Positions 13,493-27,351 of a stretch of DNA of 64,000 nt are shown here, piece after piece. Source of the DNA: Eledone cirrhosa (Eukaryota); the NCBI GenBank assembly GCA_964016885.1, contig OZ024746.1, positions 73,904,001-73,968,000 on the forward strand. Direction: 5' to 3'. Position numbers and translations under genes: made by a program. Under the pieces are notes generated by a model that saw only the letters and a list, made by a program, of their open reading frames with translations, searched no databases and was not told the origin of the DNA. Each line of letters begins with the position of its first letter. Within the stretch, counting starts at the first letter, position 1.

Positions 13493-13541
<49 letters not shown>

Positions 13542-13608
13542 CACACACATACACACACATACACATATATAGGGAAAAAGCACCATACATACATATATAT
13601 ATATATAT

Positions 13609-13651
<43 letters not shown>

Positions 13652-13654
13652 TAC

Positions 13655-13705
<51 letters not shown>

Positions 13706-13766
13706 CACACATATATACACACACCCACATATATACATATATATATACACACATACATACACACAT

Positions 13767-13831
<65 letters not shown>

Positions 13832-13852
13832 AATATATACATATATATAAAT

Positions 13853-14284
13853 AAGGAAGCATGCCCACTTGAAAACAAATGCCTCACAAATGACATCGTA
13901 TACAAATGCGATGTCATCTCAGGCACCGAGGATTGCAAAAAAACTTACATCGGCATGACCTCCAACAACTTTAAGACCCGTTGGTATGCCCATACCCACT
14001 CCTTCAGGAGACCGGATAAATCAAATCAGACAACACTCGCCTCCTACGTTTGGGACCTCAAAAGGAACTCCACCCCCTTCACGCTTAAATGGAAAATACT
14101 CCAGAAAGCGCGCTCTTACTACGGAGGACACAAGGGCTGCGACCTTTGTATTTCAGAGAGCTACGAAATTTTATTCGCCAAGGGCCGCTACTGAAAAAAA
14201 CTCTCTGAACACTGCCCGAACTGCATGCACAAGAACTTTGCAACTTTCAAACACTTTAAGCCAGTGTTAAAGCCCGATGGCTAA
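13853..14284 (+). pseudogene. Penelope-type GIY-YIG endonuclease C-terminal fragment
   Basis: [18 protein letters not shown]...[22 protein letters not shown]...[11 protein letters not shown]...[12 protein letters not shown]...[12 protein letters not shown]. In-frame stop at 14192, then ...CMHKN. Confidence 0.88.
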
Positions 14285-14419
14285 TAACGACCTCCCCCTA
14301 TTGGCCCCTATACCTTCTCCCCACCCTACCCCCACCCCCCTCAACCTGAAAAACGGCCACTATGGTTGTGTGAGTACCTCTTTCGTATCTACATTTTCTG
14401 CCTGTAGAGGTGTCTTTAC

Positions 14420-14501
14420 GTGCCTGCGTATATGCGTATATTTATTGAGTACCTATTTATTTGTATGTGTATATATTTGTTTGTATGTGTGTATATGTAT
14501 G

Positions 14502-14545
<44 letters not shown>

Positions 14546-14740
14546 TGTGTGTATATGTGTTTTATGTGTGTATATTTATGTATGTATATCTATGTATATA
14601 TATGTGTATATATATATGTGTATATATATATATGTGTATATATGTGTATGTATGTATGTATGTATGTGTATGTATGTATGTATGTTTGTGTATATGTGTG
14701 TATGTATATGTATGTGTATGTGTATGTGTATATATGTGTG

Positions 14741-14781
<41 letters not shown>

Positions 14782-14801
14782 ATGTGTGTATGTGTGTGCG
14801 C

Positions 14802-14832
<31 letters not shown>

Positions 14833-14884
14833 GTTGTGTGGGCAGGCGTGTGTATATATATATATGTATGTGTGTATTTGTATG

Positions 14885-14979
<95 letters not shown>

Positions 14980-14995
14980 GTGTATGTGTATGTAC

Positions 14996-15035
<40 letters not shown>

Positions 15036-15300
15036 ATATGTATATATGTATATGTGTATATATGTATATGTGTGTATATATGTGTATATATATATATATA
15101 TGTGCGTGAGAGAGAGTGTGTATATATATTTGTGTGTGTGTGTGTGTGTATGTGTGTATGCGCGTGTGTGTATATATATGTGTATATGTATATATATATA
15201 TATATGTATATATGTGTGTATATATGCGTTATATGTCTGTATATATATGTGTATATTTAGGTATAGGTCTGTGTATGTATGTGTATGTTTGTATATATAT

Positions 15301-15350
<50 letters not shown>

Positions 15351-15453
15351 ATATAAATATTTATACATATGCATGTGTATGTGTGTGTGTGTGTGTGTGT
15401 ATATATATGTGTATATATGTGTGTGCGTGTATATATATATGTGTGTGTATATG

Positions 15454-15524
<71 letters not shown>

Positions 15525-15870
15525 GTGTGTGTATGTGTATATATGTGTGTGTGTATGTGTGTGTATATGTGTATATATAATATGTATATATGTGTGTGTA
15601 TATTTTTATATATATATATGTATATATGTGTGTATATATATATATGTATATATATATATATTTATGTATATACATGCGTGTATATATGTGTATATATATG
15701 TTTATATATATGTATGTGTATATGTATGTTTGTATGTGTGTTTGTATGTGTATATATATATGTATATATATATATATATATAAATATATATGTATATATA
15801 TATATATGCATATATGTGTGTGTGTATGTATGTATATGTGTGTGTATATTTTTATATATATGTATATATT

Positions 15871-15935
<65 letters not shown>

Positions 15936-15992
15936 ATGTGTGTATGTATGTGTGTATATATATATGTACATATGTGGGTGTGTGTATATATG

Positions 15993-16047
<55 letters not shown>

Positions 16048-16050
16048 GTA

Positions 16051-16112
<62 letters not shown>

Positions 16113-16158
16113 TATGTATGTATGGTGCTTTTTCCCTATATATGTGTATGTGTGTGTA

Positions 16159-16225
<67 letters not shown>

Positions 16226-16267
16226 ATGTATGTGTGTGTGTGTGTTTGTATGTGTATATATTTGTTT

Positions 16268-16308
<41 letters not shown>

Positions 16309-16474
16309 GTATATATGTATATATGTATATGGTTATATATATGAATGTATACATATATATGTATATGTATATATATGTGTGTGTGTGTTTGTGTGTATGT
16401 GTGTGTATATGTATATATGTGTGTGTATGGTTTTTTTTAATATATATATATATATGTATGTGTGTGTATGTATG

Positions 16475-16521
<47 letters not shown>

Positions 16522-16802
16522 ATATATATATATTTGTATGAGTATGTGTGTGTATATATATGTGTATGTATGTATGTGTGTATGTGTATATATATATATA
16601 TATATGTGTGTGTATATGTGTCTGTGTATATGTATGTATATATGTCTCTATGTATTTGTGTGTACTTGTATACACATGTACATTTGTGTTTGTATGTATG
16701 TGTGTGAGTGTATTTATATGTGTATATATGTGTGTGTGTGTATGTATGTGTATGTGTGTGTGTATGTGTATATATATATGTGTGTGTGTGTATATATATA
16801 TA

Positions 16803-16877
<75 letters not shown>

Positions 16878-16910
16878 ATATGTGTTTCTGTGTGTGTTTA
16901 TGGTTGCTCG
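14420..16910. repeat. Complex (TA)/(TG)/(TATG) microsatellite mosaic; the distal ~1.05 kb is mirrored at 12790-13852
   Basis: Unique interruptions such as ggtgctttttcccta and atgtgggtgtg occur in both arms in inverted order. Confidence 0.92.
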
Positions 16911-17399
16911 TAAGTGTGTGAGTGAGTATGTTTTTTTGTTTTTTTGTGAATGTGTCTGTTGATTTTTGGCACATAGTTGATTAGTTTAAGAGAAGTTCGA
17001 AGATAATAGTAAGATATGCACTCAGTATTTTGAATCTGTCTGCAGAATTCTCTAGACCTTTGTCACTTAATAGAACCTTAATGATTTTAGCTTTTAAAGA
17101 ATCTCCCTTTTCTTTAATTCTATCGACCATGACTGACCCCCCACTGATTTTATAGACATCTGTTAGCCTAAGAGAAACTTAATGACAAGGAATGGCATGC
17201 CATCCGGAACCTGTTTATAGAATTCTGTCTGCCCTTGTTACTCTAAAAACATAAATAAATAAAAATAAACTATAGCTTTGTAGAATTAGCTTTTAATGAA
17301 TTCCCTTTTCTATCAACCAATGACCTGCATCCATCCCACTCCCCACCCTCTCCTACCACTTGTAGAGACCTATAAATACCATTTTTATTTTTGATACCC

Positions 17400-17450
17400 A
17401 GATTCCTGATGATTTCTAATGAATGAAACAGTTCTAGTCCTGTAGAATCT
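17400..17450 (+). ncRNA. Type I hammerhead ribozyme, intact core
   Basis: agattc-CTGATGA-t ttc taat gaa t-GAAA-cag ttctagtc ctg-TA-gaatct. Perfect 6-bp stem I, 3-bp stem III, GUA triplet, weak stem II. Confidence 0.82.
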
Positions 17451-17532
17451 CATCTATATTAAAACTTTTATACTCTACTATGTATTGAGTACCTTACTTA
17501 CTGTGGTTACCTCCGATTCAACCCGGAATAAC

Positions 17533-17599
<67 letters not shown>

Positions 17600-17605
17600 C
17601 ATACA

Positions 17606-17641
<36 letters not shown>

Positions 17642-18270
17642 TGGGTACTTGGCCAAGCCGGTATGAATTTTTTTTCTCTCTCTCTCTCCTCTGTGACTTC
17701 ACAGAACTTATGTTTACAGAATTCGCAGACCAGACCCCTTCTTCCTCCTGTTAGACCTGTGCGAAATTCCTTCCTTGCTCACATTTCAACCAGGTTTGAT
17801 GGTCTTTATTCTCTCGTTCACGATTCCACCGAATTTATATTCATAGAAATCTGGGACTTGTTTCCTTCTTCCTCTCTTTCTGCTGCTTAAACCATTTTAT
17901 TCGTTTACCCTAGCGTCCCCTTTATTTACGTGTCCCAACGACTTTTTTCTAGCCGTTGCTCGCACCAACCTGAGGTATATGGCCTTTAATGCGACGAAAT
18001 GCCTACGACGGTTGGATGGCCACTGATGAGGACAAACTTTTTCATATATATAGATATATATATATGTACATTTCTAGTTAATAAATTCAAATATATGGTT
18101 TTAGTTGGACTTGAATTTATACCTTTCTTGTAGACAGATATAATCTCCTTCCTTCCATCTGTGAAATATTGAAAGTATATTGAATACTTCAAGTCTGTCC
18201 TACTCAGTAAGCCAGTAAAACTAATAAATTTGGAGGGTTTCATGGTCCATCATGACAATTGCTCTATAAA

Positions 18271-18412
18271 TAATTGTTTCTACTTTTGGCATAAGGCCAG
18301 CAATTATTCCAGTGCATTACTGGTACTTTATTTTATCGACCCCATAAGGATGAAAGGCAAAGTTAACCTCGGCGCGATTTGAACTCAGAATGGCAAGGGT
18401 CGTAACTCTATG
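18271..18412 (-). mobile_element. SINE-A, 5'-truncated
   Basis: Consensus match. Confidence 0.9.
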
Positions 18413-19029
18413 GGTATTAAAGACGAGTCTGTTCTTTCTATAGTTTTGTAATAGTTAGAAAATTGTTGTTGGCTGATCACGAAATATGTAAGTTAATATT
18501 ACAAATATGATACTTGTATCCATAGCAAGAGCTGAAACACTGTTGTGGAGCTCAAGTTCTTATCAATTATCAAACCAAAATCATTCGCTTCAATGAGGAG
18601 CTTTAAAAAACATGATTCTTCCTTTGATACTGTATTTACACATTCAAATATAACTGGCACTTGTCACACTAAATACTCAAGTTTATACATTTTCTATTAA
18701 GTATATTAACGCTTCTGATATCTTTAATCTTAAATATCATATAGACATTTCAAAATCACAAGTAAAATGATTGTATACATTTTCATTACACGAAATCAAA
18801 TGATCAATCTAAAAATACTTGTGTACAAACAAACACATACATATATGTACGAGGATTATCTCCCCCCCCCTCTCTCTAATGAAGGTTCATTTACATGTAT
18901 TTAGGTTTTTACTGTGTATCGCCCTGGTTTAGGTTTTTATTGAAATGCGCGTAATCAGGTCGATACACAATAAAACTTCATTTATATATATATATATATA
19001 TGAGTACACTCACACACACATACACACGC

Positions 19030-19062
<33 letters not shown>

Positions 19063-19066
19063 TATG

Positions 19067-19137
<71 letters not shown>

Positions 19138-19177
19138 GTGTGCATATGTGTGTATATGGAGATTTATGATATCACAC

Positions 19178-19226
<49 letters not shown>

Positions 19227-19682
19227 AGTATTACAGTGTACAGAAGACATAGTGTACATTTGATATGATATGATATATCACAATCAATTATATAGACACG
19301 TTATAAAAAATTACATATGACAACTTTATAACAAAATTGTACGTTACTCTAAATAAAAACAGCAGAAACATTGTTTTTAAAATTAAACATAAAGAATATA
19401 AAGCAAATATTTTCTAATTACCTTCAATCATCTATTTTGTATGTATATATGTATGTAATTGTGTATGCATGTATGTATGTATGTATGTATGTATGTATGT
19501 ATGTATGTATGTATGTATGTATGAATGTATGTATATATGTATGCATAGATGGATGATATTATGTACGTATATATTGCTGTAGGGGTGTACATATATTTAT
19601 CTGTGATTACGCATATGTGCATGCATGCATGTATATGTGTATGTTATCATGTAAGTAGGTATCTCTCTCTCACTTTCTTTCC

Positions 19683-19716
<34 letters not shown>

Positions 19717-20685
19717 CTTTCCATATATATATATATATATATAAAGATATATATATATATATATATATATGCGTACATACTTACATACATACGTATGTAT
19801 GCATGTAAGTATGTATGTAATTTTTAAATATTTCTTTCACATCATTAAAATTGTAGAAATTTGCTTATGAGATTACGACAAAAAAAATAAAATATAGACA
19901 AAATAACATAAACAGAACAAAAAAATCCTAATCAAAGCACGAAACAATCAAACATACATTGTAACATAGAAACAAGAGAAAATGAAGACGAAAAACAAGA
20001 AATACATGGAGGAGGGGTCGGAGATGGCGTTGGTGGATGATAAAAAATTCATCATCAACGCCAGCTTTATAATAATGGGTGATCAAAGAGATGTCTCGAA
20101 TAAAAATTTATCTCATCTTAAATTGAAATAATACCAACAACAACGACAACAACCACTATATCGGCAAATAACAAACAATAACAAACAATAACAAACAATA
20201 ACAAGAACTATAACTTCAAGAACTAATATCAATCTAATTATTTCCATCTCATCTCGCACTGTTTGTATTTATATTTATCTATTTATTTCTTCTACATAGT
20301 GTGTATGTGTACGTGTGTGTACATTTAAAGTTTCTTTAATTGTATACAAATGACAGTCTATTTGACGCTCCTATACACATCAACACCGCAAGGTAAGCGT
20401 GAGTGATATTATATATACCCCTAATAAAAGAGAACTCTCATGGCTGGAATATTTATTTACCACAGGTTTACTAAATCAAGGTTAGTCAGTGGTTATGGTT
20501 AAACAAGAAGAAAAACAAGAAAAACTATAACAACAATAAATCTACTTTGTCAGTTTAATGGTTGTGTTTCCACGATTTCGTCTATGTTTATGGGGCTTGT
20601 TGATGGTTTAGTGTTGTACACCACTTCGACACCCCCTGGGTTCGACCACTACATATAAATAGTAGCGGTCTGAGTAAATGGAGAA

Positions 20686-23336
20686 GTTGGTACTACTTCC
20701 ACAGTTCTTGTGTTGATAGTCAAAGTTGGTACTACTTCCACAGTTCTTGTGTTGATAGTCAAAGTTGGTACTAGTTCCACAGTTCGTGTGTTGATAGTCA
20801 AAGTTGGTACTAGTTCCACAGTTCGTGTGTTGGTAGTCAAAGTTGGTACTACTTCCACAATTCGTGTGTTGGTAGTCAAAGTTGGTACTACTTCCACAGT
20901 TCGTGTGTTGGTAGTCAAAGTTGGTACTAGTTCCGCAGTTCGTGTGTTGATAGTCAAAGTTGGTACTACTTCCACAGTTCGTGTGTTGGTAGTCAAAGTT
21001 GGTACTAGTTCCGCAGTTCGTGTGTTGGTAGTCAAAGTTGGTACTACTTCCACAGTTCGTGTGTTGGTAGTCAAAGTTGGTACTAGTTCCGCAGTTCGTG
21101 TGTTGGTAGTCAAAGTTGGTACTACTTCCACAGTTCGTGTGTTGGTAGTCAAAGTTGGTACTAGTTCCGCAGTTCGTGTGTTGGTAGTCAAAGTTGGTAC
21201 TACTTCCACAGTTCGTGTGTTGGTAGTCAAAGTTGGTACTAGTTCCGCAGTTCGTGTGTTGGTAGTCAAAGTTGGTACTACTTCCACAGTTCGTGTGTTG
21301 GTAGTCAAAGTTGGTACTAGTTCCACAGTTCGTGTGTTGATAGTCAAAGTTGGTACTAGTTCCACAGTTCGTGTGTTGATAGTCAAAGTTGGTACTAGTT
21401 CCACAGTTCGTGTGTTGGTAGTCAAAGTTGGTACTAGTTCCACAGTTCGTGTGTTGGTAGTCAAAGTTGGTACTAGTTCCACAGTTCGTGTGTTGATAGT
21501 CAAAGTTGGTACTAATTCCACAGTTCGTGTGTTGGTCGTCAAAGTTGGTACTAATTCCACAGTTTGTGTGTTGATAGTCAAAGTTGGTACTACTTCCACA
21601 ATTCGTGTGTTGATAGTCAAAGTTGGTACTAATTCCACAGTTCGTGTGTTGATAGTCAAAGTTGGTACTACTTCCACAGTTCGTGTGTTGATAGTCAAAG
21701 TTGGTACTACTTCCACAATTCGTGTGTTGGTAGTCAAAGTTGGTACTAATTCCACAGTTCGTGTGTTGGTCGTCAAAGTTGGTACTAGTTCCACAGTTCG
21801 TGTGTTGGTAGTCAAAGTTGGTACTAGTTCCACAGTTCGTGTGTTGATAGTCAAAGTTGGTACTACTTCCACAATTCGTGTGTTGGTAGTCAAAGTTGGT
21901 ACTAATTCCACAGTTCGTGTGTTGGTCGTCAAAGTTGGTACTAGTTCCACAGTTCGTGTGTTGATAGTCAAAGTTGGTACTAGTTCCGCAGTTCGTGTGT
22001 TGATAGTCAAAGTTGGTACTAGTTCCACAGTTCGTGTGTTGATAGTCAAAGTTGGTACTAGTTCCACAGTTCGTGTGTTGGTAGTCAAAGTTGGTACTAG
22101 TTCCACAGTTTGTGTGTTGATAGTCAAAGTTGGTACTAGTTCCACAGTTCGTGTGTTGATAGTCAAAGTTGGTACTAGTTCCACAGTTCGTGTGTTGATA
22201 GTCAAAGTTGGTACTAGTTCCACAGTTCGTGTGTTGGTAGTCAAAGTTGGTACTAGTTCCACAGTTTGTGTGTTGATAGTCAAAGTTGGTACTAGTTCCA
22301 CAGTTCGTGTGTTGATAGTCAAAGTTGGTACTAGTTCCACAGTTCGTGTGTTGGTAGTCAAAGTTGGTACTAGTTCCACAGTTCGTGTGTTGGTAGTCAA
22401 AGTTGGTACTACTTCCACAGTTCGTGTGTTGATAGTCAAAGTTGGTACTAGTTCCACAGTTCGTGTGTTGATAGTCAAAGTTGGTACTAGTTCCACAGTT
22501 TGTGTGTTGATAGTCAAAGTTGGTACTAGTTCCACAGTTCGTGTGTTGATAGTCAAAGTTGGTACTAGTTCCACAGTTCGTGTGTCGATAGTCAAAGTTG
22601 GTACTAGTGCCACAGTTTGTGTGTTGATAGTCAAAGTTGGTACTAGTTCCACAGTTCGTGTGTTGATAGTCAAAGTTGGTACTAGTTCCACAGTTCGTGT
22701 GTTGGTAGTCAAAGTTGGTACTAGTTCCACAGTTCGTGTGTTGGTAGTCAAAGTTGGTACTAGTTCCACAGTTCTAGTGTTGGTAGTCAAAGTTGGTACT
22801 AGTTCCACAGTTCGTGTGCTGGTAGTCAAAGTTGGTACTAGTTCTACAGTTCTAGTGTTGGTAGTCAAAGTTGGTACTAGTTCCACAGTTCATGTGTTGA
22901 TAGTCAAAGCTGGTACTAATTCCACAGTTTGTGTGTTGATAGTCAAAGTTGGTACTACTTCCACAATTCGTGTGTTGGTAATCAAAGTTGGTACTAATTC
23001 CACAGTTCGTGTGTTGATAGTCAAAGTTGGTATTAGTTCCACAGTTCGTGTGTTGGTAGTCAAAGTTGGTACTAATTTCACAGTTCTAGTGTTGGTAGTC
23101 AAGTTGGTACTAATTCCACAGTTCTAGTGTTGGTAATCAAAGATGGTACTAATTCCACAGTTCTAGTGTTGGTAGTCAAAGTTGGTACTAATTCCACAGT
23201 TCGTGTGTTGATAGTCAAAGTTGGTACTAGTTCCACAGTTCGTGTGTTGATAGTCAAAATTGGTACTAATTCCACAGTTCGTGTGTTGATAGTCAAAGTT
23301 GGTACTAGTTCCACAGTTCGTGTGTTGATAGTCAAA
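20686..23336. repeat. 39-bp tandem minisatellite, 68 units (consensus gttggtactagttccacagttcgtgtgttgatagtcaaa)
   Basis: 2651 bp = 68 x 39 minus one 1-bp deletion near 23100. Three reading frames stay open for more than 700 codons. Confidence 0.97.
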
Positions 23337-23851
23337 GCTGGAGTTCAAGTTCACAGTTTGAGTTAGCGTGTTGGATTGTTGGTTCTTAAAAGATTGTTGT
23401 TTCGTTACGTGTCACTATTGCCATTTGTTTCGATTATATTGTTATTACACTGTTGCAGTGTATTGGTTTATCCATAAGGACATAATATTTAGTTAGGGCA
23501 GGGACGTTAACACTTGTTACCTTTTGCATGACCTTTGTTGGGAAAATGGAGGAAGAAACAATGACTCATAGAGTACAGTATCTAAAAGCAGTATATCGAT
23601 ATATCGAGTTATATTTAGATCGGAGATCCGGTCTGAGTGCCTACAGCCGTGATCCAGCATCCAAGGGTGAGGGGCTGATGTTAAGTGGCGACAGGTTAAG
23701 TTTGCCACCAAATCATTAAATGCATATACTATGTATTGTTGTACGCTCAAAATCATGTGTGTGCTTGTCTGTGTGAGATTGTTTAAAGTTCAAAAGTTTA
23801 GTCAGACTAAGAAGGGCAATATTTATAACATTACAGAAGACTCCCAGAATA

Positions 23852-24226
23852 ATAGTTTCTTATATAGGCACAAGGCCAGCAATTTTGGGAGAGAGGAAAG
23901 TCGATTAAATCGACTCCAGTGTGTGACTGGTACTTTATTTTATCGACCCCGTAAGGATGAAAGGCAAAGTTAACCTCGGCGGGATTTGAACTCATATCAT
24001 AAAGGGCAGTCACTCTATGTTGCAAAGCATGGCGTCCAACCCTCTACCGATATTGCCATTCCACTCGCCTAGACTCCCACAAAAAAGGTTTCTTATATAG
24101 GCACGATCTGAGTTCAAATCCCGCGAAGGTTAACTTTGCCTTTCATCCTTACTAGGTCGATAAAATAAAGTACCAGTAATGCACTGGGGTAATTGCTGGC
24201 CTTGTGCCAAAAGTAGAAACACTTAT
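23852..24226. mobile_element. Two SINE-A copies head to head: ~23852-24069 (-) and ~24105-24226 (+)
   Basis: Consensus matches. The segment agactccca...gtttcttatataggcac is duplicated around the first copy. Confidence 0.88.
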
Positions 24227-24489
24227 TTTCGGTCGCTTAACGCCGAAGAAACCGGGATAAGCCCGGTCTTATGAGCATCTTGCAGCAAGACATACTTTTA
24301 AAGACTTTTAGACATAATATTTACCGCAACCCTCGTCATGCAAATGTTTAAGAGAAAAGTGAAGTGTATAGAAGTGACCTGTATTGGAGGGTTATGTGAT
24401 ACCCAGGGTAGACAGCTTCCTCTAGACCAAACAAAATAAATACTAAATAATTGACACCCTTAAGTTAAGCCTCCTCCTCATGTGGCATT

Positions 24490-25000
<511 letters not shown>

Positions 25001-25158
25001 CCTCCTCCTCTCTATCCCCCCCCCCATTAGTAATTGTGGAGGTGGTGCCGATGACAATGAAAGTGACAAGTCATGGTAATGACGATGATGTTGGTGGTAT
25101 GGTCTATAATGGTGATGATGATGTAGTTGAAGGCGATGACGCTGGTGAGAATGACGAT

Positions 25159-25345
25159 GATTTGGCAGTCTCGGTAGAGGGTCGGACGCCATGCTTTGAC
25201 GCACAGAGTTACGGCCCTTGCCATTCTGAGTTCAAATATCCCGCCGAGGTTAACTTTGCCTTACATCCTTGCGGGGCCGATAAAATAAAGTACCAGTAAT
25301 ACACTGGGATGATTGCTGGCCTTGTGCCAAAAGTAGAAACAATTA
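25159..25345 (+). mobile_element. SINE-A
   Basis: Consensus match including A- and B-box-like motifs. Confidence 0.9.
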
Positions 25346-26899
25346 TGTTGAAAATGTTTATGATGATCAAGGTCATAAACTTCACCATCTTTAACAAATG
25401 TGATGGTTAGTAGTTTGTTATAGTAATAGGAGCGAGTAAGAGAAGAAGAGCCGTCATAAAGTTTCTAAAAGAAACACATCAACAAAAAGAACACAATCGC
25501 CGCAATAGGCAAGTAGCACTAATAATTTCTCAACAATAATAACATCTATTAATATCTATTATCTGAATCAAATGCACCTTGTGTATAAACTAGATGAAAG
25601 AGGCCTTCAGTCAGGTTCGTTATTAACTGTGTATAAGATTTATTTCTTTATGCTGCATTTCACTCTTCGTTGCTAGTAAACAGAAGAAATTTATCAAACA
25701 TGAGCGACACAACTAAACTGATTAAATTTCATTTTCCAACTTCAAAAGTATCGGAATATATCAATCTACGCTTGCCTTCAGGAAATCTAAACACTGAAGT
25801 TAATCTTCGTTCTATTATAATATTTAGTCCTATATGATGATAGGTCAACTGAATATTTTCAGTGCAACCAAGTATATTCAATTTTTCATTCTTAATTTCT
25901 TGATTGCATTTACACAAACGTCTACTAAACCATAACTGATGGTGATGTTTTGGTGCCCTCCTCCCATACTACTGATAAATACGATGTGGTTTATTACTGA
26001 AGATAACATCTTAGAATTACGGACTCTTCACTGAGTAGTTAAAATATGTAATTCACCAGTTATGAACTAAATATTGTTTCCGTTTATATTACATCAACAG
26101 TTTCAGGCAGTTCGTTTAATTATCGATCTCTTTATTTTGTATCGGAATATTTGAACAATAGGTGTCTCTAGACTCTGTATAACCGGAGTTGCGGAGCAGG
26201 AGTTGAGCTGTCACAGCCCTAAAATGACGCTTTGTGTGTTGTATACAACACGATCACCTCTGCCGAACATGTGTCCTCGTCACACTAAATAGGTTTGAGT
26301 GTAGAAGCGATAGTGTGGTGCATTAACTGATCAATCTCCTCATCTAAAATTCCAATATGCTTATGTTCCGAGGTCTGGTGACTACTGTAAGCGCTGATCA
26401 TTCCATTTGCACGTAGCGTGCAGTAGGGCACAGTCATCTCTGAAATCCGAAATACGTTTGACCCCTGACAATCGCTGATTACAATACTCGGCATTCTGAC
26501 TGCTACTGTTGACTTTCAATGGCAAAGATTACTGCTATGGATCAAATTATGCTAAATTATGAATACCTGTGGCAAGTGACCGCCTGCAAAATCCTTATCT
26601 CCAAAGAATTTACATGCAACTATAAGTCCAACACAGCTCACAAGCTTTTTCTCCAGACAGAACAAGTTTTAAATCTTCAACAAAGTGTAAATAAGAAACG
26701 AGTAGATGACTAATAAATATCTAGATCAAAATACCTACTATAGCTCCTATATAGAAACGCCGAATGTGTACCAGGGGCCGTGAAACTAGGAGGGGCCGGG
26801 GAGGGGAGGGGGGGTCATAGGACCCACGCCGATAATAATATTTTTCTCCCCAAAATACCAAAATACCCCTCTCTTTTGCGTTACAATTTATGTACATGT

Positions 26900-27110
26900 T
26901 ATCTAGAGACACACGGGAGGGATGAATAAAGATATAGAGAGGGGGAGAGTTTGGTGGTAATTGATATAGAGGGGAAGGTTGAGAGAATGTGTTGTATATC
27001 AGATATAGAGAGGGGGAGAGATTGATGTTTATTGATATAGAGAGAGGGATTTGAAGAGAGTTTCGTATTGTAGATATACAGAGAGGGAGAGTTTGGCGTT
27101 AATTGATATA
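26900..27110. repeat. Degenerate ~30-40-bp GA-rich minisatellite (aattgatatagagagggggagagtttggtggt); continues at 32259-32420
   Basis: The same unit occurs on both sides of the LINE and in reverse at 44570-44830. Confidence 0.75.
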
Positions 27111-27351
27111 TATTTCTATTTATTTGCCACCAGGGCATCAAAGATTGGGACAAATACAAAGGGGGGAGTTTACATACATTTAAAAAGACGTGTAAAAAAC
27201 ATATAACAAATTGAATTTAACAATCGATGTCCTCAATAGGGAGGAGCGTTGACATGGGTCGCACACACCCCCGAAAAAATGTGCAACCCTCCTCTTCAGG
27301 AGCACAAAGAGCGGGTGCTTCCTTCCTCTTCTCATTCTTCTCCTCTCTCAC

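Larger units (their letters stand above)
12022..17532 (+). mobile_element. Penelope-like composite element: 1.8-kb inverted arm + GIY-YIG fragment + microsatellite-rich 3' region ending in a hammerhead pseudo-LTR
   Basis: 12022-13852 is the reverse complement of ~15850-17467 apart from a SINE insertion. A GIY-YIG ORF remnant lies between the arms, with (TA)n on both outer flanks. Confidence 0.85.

Noticed and set aside
12728-16974. Long YI/VC/HT-repeat ORFs here and across the window
   Set aside because: Translations of TA/TG/CA microsatellites, which lack stop codons in most frames; no coding signature.
17960-18045. CTGAGG...GAAA and CTGATGA-ggac motifs
   Set aside because: No complete three-stem fold; the second motif is cut by TA repeat. 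At most a relic.
20649-23127. The listed 745-aa (minus, Thr-rich mucin-like) and 805-aa (plus, Val-rich) ORFs as genes
   Set aside because: They are open because the 39-bp unit lacks stops. Common unit variants are non-synonymous in both, and the minus frame has a stop at 22890. The third frame is the better candidate.
20686-23336. CRISPR-like array
   Set aside because: Units are contiguous with no unique spacers, there are no cas genes, and the context is eukaryotic.
25700-26720. Possible host exons in repeat-poor sequence (also 45000-49900 and 50600-51030)
   Set aside because: Only short ORFs with no recognisable domain or convincing splice-site pairs. Small exons cannot be excluded without RNA data.
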